Source of the DNA: Octopus sinensis
Lineage: Eukaryota
Reading direction: 5' to 3'
NCBI RefSeq assembly: GCF_006345805.1
Contig: NC_043005.1
Coordinates: 60,512,001 to 60,576,000 of the forward strand
Length of the DNA: 64,000 bases
The notes below the pieces were generated by a model. It did not search any database. It was not told where the DNA came from and worked only from the letters and a program-made list of their open reading frames with translations. Positions 53,169 through 64,000 of the stretch are shown piece after piece; the first letter of the stretch is position 1; every line of letters begins with the position of its first letter. The position numbers and the translations under genes were made by a program.

Positions 53169-56100
53169 GGATGAAGCAAAATATATAGAGATATGAATTA
53201 TACATCCATATACCGACAAACCTCGCTACTTTGGTGCTTCTTTCTATCCATCCTCCTTCTTGTACTGCTACTGCCTCCCCCCCCTTCTTCACTTCATTTT
53301 GCTCTATTTCGTTCTCTTCCTACAGCTGCCGATTTAGGTGAGTAAATATTAATTTTGCCGTTGTTATTTTAAAGGATTTTCAATAATGTTGCTTATGATG
53401 GAACTAACTTTTTATTTGAATGCCAAATTTATTACAAAAATGATTTTTGATTTGAACTACAAGGTGCGAGAAATAGAGTTTTCAATAACTAGTTGAATAA
53501 GCTATGAAATTTCAAGCGCCATTTTGCTATTTTATAATAATCGCCTATAAATTTTGAAGTAGTCGACATGCTTCCTTTAATTACACATGCATTCAGTTGC
53601 GAGGTGTAAATAGAGTCAGACCCGATTTTCAAATTATGGTTGAATGTAAGCTGGCATGTAAGCTTGCGGAAGTATTTAAAATTTAACCACGCATACGGTA
53701 TATCATTAATTTCATTTCTCAATACACTCAGCCGGCGCACACACTTCTATGTGAATGAATATAAACACATATTATAAGGTATCACATTATTTATAAGCAC
53801 ATCAATTTAGCTTCAGTTATTTGAAGAATAAACTGAAGTAATCTCTCTTTATATGACGGCGATACTACCTCGAAAATATTAAACATATGGTTACACAACA
53901 AGTGTAAATAATACTATGCGAAAGATTGTTGATAATATTGGGTTATATGATACTAAAGAAAAATACATGTTGATTGTATGTTAAAGAGGAATAGTGCAAA
54001 TGGTAGGCCCATATAATCTGTGAACTTTAATAACATATCTGAAAACTACATTTATATGATAAAAATTCGGATTTTCCTATCCGGTGCAATAGATATAGTA
54101 GGCGACTTGAATATGTGACGACCATTTCATTCAACCAATGGTATACGATATCATCTCAGCAGTTTGATATTCAATATCTATACTTACTCGATAATAATAA
54201 AATACAATCTATATATTCTAATAGAGGAAAAATAAAGTATGCATATTTTCATATATTCACTATAATAATAAAATACAATTTACATATTCTGTTACAAAAA
54301 GAATATATTTTTCATGTATACATTGAATGTATAAAATCAGACGCTGCTTTGTATTGTGCGTAATGAAAGAAAAATAAGAATATTAAAACTAAATCCAATG
54401 AAATCTATACATGAAAGCCTTAACATTTAGAATAGACGCCAACATGAAACAAACTTGTCACATAAAAAACTGAGTACAATATCCAAGACCAACAATGGAA
54501 TGATATTGCTGAAACTCCCGTCGTTTTCGACGATGAGCATTCGATTGTACAATCAATAAACATCCTACTTGTTAAATTAATGTGAAAGTCATTGAGTGCT
54601 TTTTAGATTTGTGTACCTTTAACATAATTCTCAAACCACATCAGCCTGACACATTATTCGATGAACCGTGACACTTAAAGAGCACTTAAGATTCAAATGA
54701 AAAATTTTTATGATGTTTTCCTCAAGTCAGTTTCATTAAGAAAACACTTGTGTGTACCTGAGGCTATGATAATTGTAACAAGCTTACAATGTAATAAAAC
54801 TGGACCAAAACAAACTTTTAACTCTCAGGTAAGCTTATGTCTTCATTTAAAGACATGAAAGGTTTTTTTTCTGAAGACAATGACAACAAATATAAGGACA
54901 CGATTTAACACAGAAGCCTCTCAGGAGTGAGAAATAGCACCCAAATACTCCAAATATTTAAAGTGAAAATTCATTTTAATCATATATATGCTAACCAGAG
55001 CTGCTTTGGTATTTAACATCGACGGCAATTGTTCGATACAAGCCAAGCAAAAGAAATAGAAGCATGTATTTTTTTTCTCCATCTAATCCAACATTATCAC
55101 ATTAAGAACGGAGTGCTCATTGGATAATGAGTTGTAGTGCAACATATTTCCCAATAGGTTAAGCTAAATGGAAGCAAAGTTGTATTTGATTTGTATCTAT
55201 TGATGCTCCCGTATAATCCAGATATTTGTGAAGAAAATTATCATCGTGTTAGATGTAGATTTACAATGCAACGACTGAGCTGCATGACTTGCTAGATCCA
55301 CCAATTATAACAGCGAATCCCTCTTCAAACCTGAAGTTAATTCTTAAAATTAACACATACGTTAGAAATACAAAAAAATGGGATATTCATGACTACAAGA
55401 TTTTAGGTTCCTTTCATTAACATCCGACTCGGCGATAAACATACACAACAACAGAATATATAACTTGCAACAATTCCCATCACAAAAAGAGTCAGTAGGC
55501 TTATCAGAAGTTGAAAAAGTTAATTAGTCCCACTGTTTCTTATAATTACGACGTACATGTTTGAATAAATCAACAGAACATTAATATTAGATATTCATCT
55601 AATTGTATTGTATTTCATATAAATATCCTAGTTTATTACCATTATACATAGACATATACACTGACCAATATGAATTTACTGTCGGATAACATATGCGCAT
55701 ACAGTTTTAAAAAATAATCATTAATTGGGAAGATATCTAGAAAGTTTTGCTAATGCACATGAAATCAGTATAGAATGAGATCCGTCTACATACATGTACC
55801 GCAACTAATGAGTATATATGTCATAGTTGTTAATACGTTCGTTTAAACTACAAGAGATGTTAAATTAATTGCGTAAATGAAACGTTTCCATAGACTGATA
55901 TTATCAACTTGACACGGGTAAGGATATCTAAGATCTAAACTAAAAAAAGTACTTAACCAAATGTCGAATAATTAATCTGGGAATTTGGCATATGAAAATT
56001 TTAAATTTTAAGTTCCTTGATATCGCAGGTTCTGTCAACAACGATCGCTTAGAGAACATTCGAAGATCAATTTAGCATCATTAAAGTTAGTCATTTGTTT

Positions 56101-56588
56101 CACCATTAGGTTACTGCAATGTTGAGTGAATCGACACGAGATTTCGTCGTCATCTGCTAAAATACTTTTATCTTCAGATATCATTGGTGTTGATACGCTT
56201 TTGAGAAATCCATAGATGTCAGAAACAAAAGAACCACGCATAGAATGTTGATGAGCCTTCGATTTCATTGTCATTGGCCGTCCACAAGTCATTTTGGTCT
56301 CGAAGCTTTTGTGTGACACAGAAAAGAAAAAAGGAAAATCTTACTAGATATGCCAGATTCAAACTAATAATTATGGTCGTGAAGTTAAACAATTTTTAAG
56401 GTTTTCCACTCGCTACCTGTATCATTTCCTTCTACCTAATGCCCTTTCACCTACTCTCTCCCTCTGTTTTTGTCTCTTTCACTATATGCGTGTAACAGCA
56501 CACAAGTATTTTTATACATATTCATAAATATCGTCCATATAGACGCATATGTATATATATATGTATATATATATATATGTATATATAC

Positions 56589-56641
<53 letters not shown>

Positions 56642-56649
56642 TATATATA

Positions 56650-56712
<63 letters not shown>

Positions 56713-56802
56713 TTGTGTGTGTGTGTGTATATATATACAGATATATATATATTTATAAATATATACAGATTTATATATATTTATAAATATATATATATAT
56801 AT

Positions 56803-56861
<59 letters not shown>

Positions 56862-56872
56862 CATATATATAC

Positions 56873-56925
<53 letters not shown>

Positions 56926-57029
56926 CACATTTATATATATATATATATACAAGCATACGTCCATACACATACATACCTGCACTCATGCATACATACACGC
57001 ATGCATATATACATGCATACAAACAAACG

Positions 57030-57136
57030 AAAATTCTCTGTTGTTGATGTTGAAATTCCAATGAAGAAACTGTGGACCAAGCTAAGAAACCGGTTCTTTC
57101 TTTATTGGCAAGAAAACTTGAAATACACTCAATAAT
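57030..57136 (+). mobile_element. 3' UTR stub of the (TACA)n-associated RLE element family
   Basis: Similar to 58460-58552 (CTGT..GATGTTGAAAT..GAAG..TTAGAAA.CGG.TCTTTC); ends in (TACA)n. Confidence 0.65.
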
Positions 57137-57169
57137 TACATACATACATAAATACATACATAGCATACA

Positions 57170-58552
57170 TAATGTCTGCTTCAACAGTGACATAGACCAC
57201 CTCAACCTCAAACGAAATAAGGGAGCAGAGGCTGCCGTTGAATGTCGTATCATGTCTCTTAGGCAACATCTTTTAACCATCAAGTGATGAAGCGCAACCA
57301 TTGACCAACTTTATATATATAAGGGTAAACCTCGAGATTTGGAATGCAGCTCCTTGAACAGCATTCCTTGTCTGATAAACTTAAATACGTGTCCAAAAAG
57401 TGACACGATTCTACCGCAAAGTATCACAAGACGAATGGATGAGCGTATATCAGTTGAAACCAAGCATGAATATGTTAGCAGGAACATCCGGGATAATAGT
57501 AACATTGATCCTGAAACCAGTCTATCATGGACCAACACCCAGCCTACTAACTTCCACCTTGAAAGGTATGCATTTGCAATCTAAGAACAGAAAACATCAA
57601 CTAAATACTCTAAAAAAGACAGAAACGCAGGAAAAGCAGAAAATATGATAACCGATGCAGACTTTGTGGCGACAACGTAGAAGATATCACCGACATCATA
57701 AGTTGTCGTGCGAAAATGTTATCTAGGTATTATCATGAGACTTGATGTCGTAGCTAAGACACTGTATACTGAGATCTGTCAGAATGATAACATCGAGCCA
57801 AATGGAAGAACCCACAGTATTCGTGAAGCCATAGCCAGCCATAAGAAGGAGTACTGGTGGAATTCCCCAATGAAAGCCTCAATAAAATGTAAACATAATA
57901 TACTTGACATAGAGATCTGAGATAAAGAAGAGAAAATGTGGAGAGTTGTGGAAATCAGCTGCCTAGCGGATGTTAAAATAAAAATCACCAAAGAAGATAG
58001 TAGCTACACTGAACTATTGAGAAATCTACAGTTAATCTACCCAGATTACAATTTCATGAATATACCTGTAATTATTGGGGCAACGGGATATGAAACACAC
58101 TGCCTAAGTACCACTCTTGAGAAATTAGGCTTCTCAAAACCAGGAAAGAGAAAGCTGATTCGAAGACTACAGAACCAAGCTATCAGTGCAACTGTAAAAA
58201 CCTGTAAAACCTTTCAGAAGTTTATCATTTAAATGTATATGAATATGTCTAGATATGCAACGCAACTATATTCATAAGCATACATACATAAAATAGCGGT
58301 TCACCAAATAGACTGATAGAATAGGTATTATGTTTAAACCAAATAAGTGATAAGGTCGATTTGTTCTATTAAAACAATTCTCAGGGCAGTACTCCAGCAT
58401 GGCTGCAATCAAATGACTGAATAAGTAAAAGAAAGAATAAAGTAATATACACGCATACAAAAATACCCTGTCGATGTTGAAATGAAGGAGCTTTGGATCG
58501 AAGTTAGAAATCGGCTCTTTCACTAATGAAATAAAACTGAATAATGACATGA
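57170..58552 (+). mobile_element. 5'-truncated RLE (R4-like) element, same family as 46009-47775; SINE nested in its 3' UTR
   Basis: CRLCGDNVEDITDIISC; YWWNSPMK..KHNILDI..VVEISCLAD..YTELLRNLQLIYPDY..IPVIIGATG; ends in (TACA)n. Confidence 0.85.
58293..58441 (+). mobile_element. SINE 3' half with CR1-type tail
   Basis: TAGCGGTTC..GACTGATAGAATA..GGTCGATTTGTTC..GGCAGTACTCCAGCATGGCTGCAATCAAATGACTGAATAAGT. Confidence 0.75.
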
Positions 58553-58738
58553 ATACATACATAATACCTAATACATAATACATACATGCATACATACATA
58601 CATGCATACATACATACATGCATGCATCCATACATGCATACATACATACAAACATACATACATACATACATACATACATACATACATACATGCATGCATG
58701 CATGCATGCATGCATACATACATACATACATACATACA

Positions 58739-58770
<32 letters not shown>

Positions 58771-59409
58771 CTGTGATTATTTAAACGAACGATCTTAGTT
58801 TCAGTCTGGAAGTTTGCGAGCGTAAAGATTACAGATCCCGTTCCTCATTTTATAGAATTCTATCGAATCTTTAATATGTATACAGTTAATATGTACTTAT
58901 ATATCCGTAACCTAACTCACTTGCTCGATATTTTCACAAACGGTATGACGCTAGACGAAGTCTTAATAATTTAGTTTCAGCTCAGCAGCTTTCGGATTCT
59001 ATTTACGTTACGGCATTTCTATGGTATCAGGATTGTAGATACTGATAGTTACTTGACTATTAATTCTCCTCTCAAAAGCAAATTTTAGATGATGTTCAAA
59101 AATGAACATTATTCTTACGTGACCTATAACTATGCACATAAGTGATTGGCATACATATCCGTTTCTTTATAATCTATGCGTCAATTTTTCGATGCAGGAA
59201 TTCTAAAAACTATATTTGAATTTTTGTATAATGTAGCTACATAATAATTTTAAATGTATGCATATATTAGGTTACGTTTGTATAAAGTGGTTCTGGGAAA
59301 TAATACTGAGAATTTTATATTAGTTTTTCTTAATTTTATCTTCATAAAATATAGCTTTCAATATTTTTGCTTGCACATTTTGTCATTTGCATATGTTGCA
59401 AAAAGTTGA

Positions 59410-60330
59410 ATCCGGACGCAGAAGAAATGCCAGGAGTCTTGCAGAAACATTACTGCTCAGTTTTTAGTGGTCCCACTAGTATTGACGTAAGGGATCTGAA
59501 CGAACTGAGTATATTATCCATGGTACATTATCCATGACATTGCTTCTACTGCCTTAGATATCATTTCAGCAATAACTGTATTATTATTCTGCAGTAGGCC
59601 TTAATAGATTCCCCAGTAGTGGCCTGAAGTAATGCAGACACCAACTTACAATACCTCTACCCAACCTCTGGGGAAATTTTTTCGACTCAAGCTATATATA
59701 CCAAAAGTGTTCTTACCCCAATTTCTTATCCTCGTCTTCTAAAAAGTAAACAAGTCTCTTACAGCTGACAATCGCCTAATCTCAATCACCTCCCTTATCA
59801 TCAAAGTATTTGAAAGGATGGCGAGATCAAGGATAACTGGTTTTTCGAGAGCCACAACCTTTTAAATCCCAACTAGCTTCGCTTTTCCTGCGGTAGGGAG
59901 TGCGTAACACAGATTTTACATTACTTCGATGATGTCCTTAAAGCTTTGAGATCATATTCGACCTCTGAAGTCATATATCTTGAATCTAGCAAAGCATGCG
60001 AAGTAGGCAAGTACATTATCGTTCTGTCAAAATTGTCCATAGTAAACTGTTATACTGGATTAAGTATTTCCTCATGAAAAGAACACATGTTGCGGTCACT
60101 GGAATCCTTTCAAGCCCAGCAAACGTCACCAATGGTGATCCCTAGAGAACTTTGAGGCTCACTTCACTTAATAGTCTATGTAAACGACATCTCAAGCACC
60201 AGCAAAATAGGAAATTTATCAGCGGAGAAGGCCAAACTGAACTCCAGTATGATGCTGCAAGCCAACAGGCGGACAAAAACAAAATGCGGTCAACTGAGGG
60301 GAAATTTGAACTGAAGCACTTTGGAACAAA
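59410..60330 (+). mobile_element. Degraded CR1-group LINE RT fragment
   Basis: NRLISITSLIIKVFERM (cf. NYRPISLTS.I.KVFER) and GRECVTQILHYFDDVL..VIYLESSKA (cf. GRSCLTQLL..DVIYLDF.KAFD). Confidence 0.75.
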
Positions 60331-60579
60331 GAATGCATTCATATATCATTTTTATTTTTGTTGTTTAATCGCATGTTCCCGATATTTTACCCTCTTAATT
60401 ACTGTCGTTCCTAACCCAATCGTCATTTCAGAGATATTTCGGACTAAGCCATATGTTGCGCCTCTAGTTCACTTTTAACATATCATTGTCAAAAACGAAT
60501 AAATAAGTGTATACGGAACTAAATTACAAAATGCGCTCTATCATTACTAATTCTTTTAATTAAAGTTCATAATTATATT

Positions 60580-60786
60580 TGCTCAAAGTTTAGGCACAAC
60601 GCCAACCGGTTTAGGAGACAAGGTAAGTTGATTAATCAACCCCAGTGTACATATGTTACTTATTTTATCGATAACGGAAAATTAAAAGCAAAGTCCGCGG
60701 AATTTGGACTCAGAACGAAAAAGACGGACGAAATGCCACTCAGAGTTTAACCCGGAGTACTAACGACTCTACCAGCTCGCTCCTTA
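60580..60786 (-). mobile_element. SINE copy
   Basis: Reverse complement of the family consensus (GACGGACGAAATGCC..ACCAGCTCGCTCCTTA). Confidence 0.75.
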
Positions 60787-61945
60787 TGGTTCGTTATTAT
60801 ATATATTAGAAATATATTATACACTCCGATTCTAACGGAGGAAGACATGAAATGAATAATTCATTTAAACAATGAACTATGAAATGTTCATCCTAAAGCT
60901 ACAGTATTTCAGACTTATTACAGTATTAAAGTATTTCGGACCCATTAAAAGAGTTGATAGTCAACAATGAAACAGCGTCGATGATATTATGGGTTGACAT
61001 GAGACTAGAATGCAACGGTAGTAATGTTAATTTTCAAGGGAGACAAAATTTATGAATTTACTTGACGAGTACAGACATTTATCTATACTTCACTTGAAAA
61101 CTAGATACAAATAAATTCGGTACACTTACCTGGGTACTCAAAACGGAATTTACTAGAACTAATATCACAAAGTAATTTGTCCAAAATGTTTCTGACAATT
61201 TTGCCAGTTCAACAACTTCAAATGGATATTTATTGACTCGACCACGGAAAGATGAACCGCACAACGGATTTTAAAAGGGATTTTAAATCAGAAAATGGAG
61301 CCAGAAGAGACGCCATTCTATCCAACGCTTTATCGATTTAACCAATCTGCCACATAACCCAATCCAGATTAATGAACTTAGTTTCTTCTGAACACATAAA
61401 GTAAAATAAAATTATAGAAATATATCAACTTTGATAATTCGCTACTTCAGTTCAAATTTATGAGATGTGAAATAAGGCAAGTAATTTTAATCTAAATATT
61501 GTACAAATTCATTTTTTTTTCGTAACAAACTGACATTTCGCCTTATCTTTCACAAATAAAATAAAAGTCTATATAAGATATGTTTATATATATATATGAT
61601 ATTTAGACCAATTACCTACATATGTAGGTGTCTTGTATATAGTACTATACCAATAAGTTTTAAATCATGTTCTCCTTGTGATAACAGGCGAGAATTTGTA
61701 TATTGTTTAGCTATCCATTGGTGACCACCATCAAACACCTACACCTATAATCAACGCCTCCCACTCGAAAGCATCCATGAATCCAGTATGTAATGAATAT
61801 CTTCATTTCTTAGTGAAGACGCTCTTTACATGAGACTTAAATGTTATATTTAGCCAGTCTCATAGAATTTTCCTTTTCTGTTTTAGATATAAGTTAATAC
61901 AGCTGTGCTTCAGTCGTTCATTAAGCTGTATCAACTAGATTTCTA

Positions 61946-62190
61946 CTCAGGGTCAGTTTTACTATTTTCGTCTGCTGCACTGATAAATTGTGTTTGAGTG
62001 GACAAAGCATATGTGATTTGCGTGGCTAGGCCATTAGAATTCTTAACTGTGTAAATATTTAGTATTTTTACTTCGATCCAAGTGTTAGTAAAATCAGTGA
62101 TTAAGACATTGATTCCACCACGCAGCACTGTGGCAAAATGTTTTGTATGACAATTATTAAGTATCCATAATTGCATCTGGTGGACATAGA
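61946..62190 (-). other. Candidate isolated coding exon, product unknown
   Basis: Strong acceptor TTTTTTACAG, then about 80 open codons of non-repetitive sequence (..IEVKILNIYTVKNSNGLATQITYALSTQTQFISAAD). Confidence 0.25.
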
Positions 62191-64000
62191 CTGTAAAAAA
62201 ATGCAGGATGAAGTAACGGTTCTTTCTTTTTTTGTGAGATGGGTTAAGAATATATATTCATAAGCATTTTTATACAAGGATACTAAGACAGCGTTTTTAG
62301 TAAACACTTTAGAATACTCGACTAAAATCCGTTGTGTATTTAGTTTTATTTCTCATGTAACTTACTAACGCATATTTGAATTGACTGGCCTCCATAATCC
62401 CCATAAGGAATCGGCAGAATGAATTTCTAACAAATACCTGGGACTATCTAGTAGGAAATACCACAACGCATTCATTTATGGCACGCGATAAAGCAGTTAA
62501 AAATCAGTATATCGATAGTAAGATTTTGACAGGATAGAAGCTGTTTAAATTTTGATTGCAAATACAGTGTTGACCTTCATAATCTGGAGGTCTTAGCAAA
62601 AATCATACCAAAATTAGAACTGAATGATTTGTATCAAAATAGGTACGAGAGCCAATGTTACGTTTTATGACGATATATCTTCTTAATTATTAATCAAAAG
62701 TCATTTATATTCACATTTCCGACGTTGATGTGTGATTCTCAGTCCCTGTTTTATTTTCTTATAAAATGTGAATGAGGAATCTAATTTAGCCAAACTGGTA
62801 TGTGACTCATTCACAGAAAGCGAAAAATAGCTTGCATTATAATGCATTTATGCTAATAAAAGTTAGTTACCATATTGTCTTGCGGTAAGTATTTCGGATA
62901 TAAATCCTGTTCTAGATAGTCACGATGTCATGTAACTTACTAAATAATAAATCTGACATTGGGATCTCAAAGAACTCATTCTATCACTTATTATTTTCCG
63001 GTAAAAATAACTGGGGATTTTTTCAATAATTTAAAAAACGAAGAGCTTATTTTAGAATAAACATTGATTTACTTATATTCATATAATATACTATTTTGAA
63101 ACATATAGTTTAGGTCTATTGATTTATGCTAATGGGGACACTTTCGTGTTTATTGTTACTTATTTTCGACGATAAAAATTTAACATGGGGGAAAAAAGAG
63201 AAATTTTAACGATATTATTCTATGATTTCAAAATTAAATGCATAGCAGCTGAAATTACTTGCATTATTAACCAAGCATTAACCAGGGGAACATCATGAAT
63301 ATATAATTCAATATTTATTCCAAAAGTTTTGGAGTAAAGTATCGAAGATAGAAATTTTCCTCTGTATTTCTTTTGTGTAAAATGTAGGTTTCCTTTCTTC
63401 ATCGCATTACGACACGAAAAGTGGCAAAAATGGATTATATACAATACCCAATAGTTATATCAATGGAAAGCCCCCACGCTCCCACAAACAAGGAACATTA
63501 GAAAAAAATTAGGACTAGTTGAAAAGGATCAATACTTCATCTGACGGCTCTCAACACATGTCACAGAAATGAGGTTATAGATATTATATATCTTGTGTTA
63601 CGAAACTTTACTTCGCACAACTTCTTTCACAGACGTCTCAGTGACCAACTACCTCTTTTTCAATAACTTGATATCTACCGGCAAATGAAGCATTTCAAAA
63701 CATCACTAAATAAATCAGGTATTCAGGAGTTGATGCTACTTAGAAAATATACATTATGTTGTTGGCAAAAGTATGTAGAAACAAATGATTATCATTTTGA
63801 TTATTCAAATTTAATCTGAGCTGAGATCTATTGCTTTAAAATTGATGGCAACAAAGCGAAATAATTTTTGTGCACCATTATCGTATAGCCTTTCAGCTTT
63901 AAATCTAGAGACAGAAGGAGGTAGTTATCAACTCAATCTGAAAAGCTAGTAAGTACTTATCTAATATATATTGTAATAGATGATATTATGTATTCTGTGA

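Noticed and set aside
58272-58798. Met/Tyr-rich ORFs (MYVC repeats) superficially like cephalopod reflectins; also 45643-46142
   Set aside because: Pure (TACA)n/(TATG)n tetranucleotide repeats with no reflectin M/FD(X5)MD motif.

Overview
AT-rich, microsatellite-dense eukaryotic (animal) genomic DNA. The SINE and LINE families resemble those of octopus/coleoid cephalopods (inference from sequence motifs, no database search). There is no intact long protein-coding gene, and most ORF-track entries are microsatellite read-throughs or transposon fragments. Recognisable elements: several R4/Dong-type RLE non-LTR retrotransposons in (TAA)n or (TACA)n tracts; CR1-group, RTE and L1/Tx1 LINE fragments; Penelope-like fragments; three mariner-family elements; a hAT (Charlie/Buster-like) element with TIRs and an 8-bp TSD; a non-autonomous Helitron; and many SINEs. 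The main hidden feature is on the minus strand, about 38.4 kb down to 7 kb. A chain of AG/GT-bounded exon remnants between the repeats translates by hand, in the correct order, into four successive S1-S6/pore/C-linker/cyclic-nucleotide-binding modules. That is the architecture of the four-repeat CNGK (tetraKCNG) channel. The exons carry many stops and frameshifts, so this looks like a decayed, intron-containing pseudogene. All protein assignments are by-eye motif matches and need HMM/BLAST confirmation.
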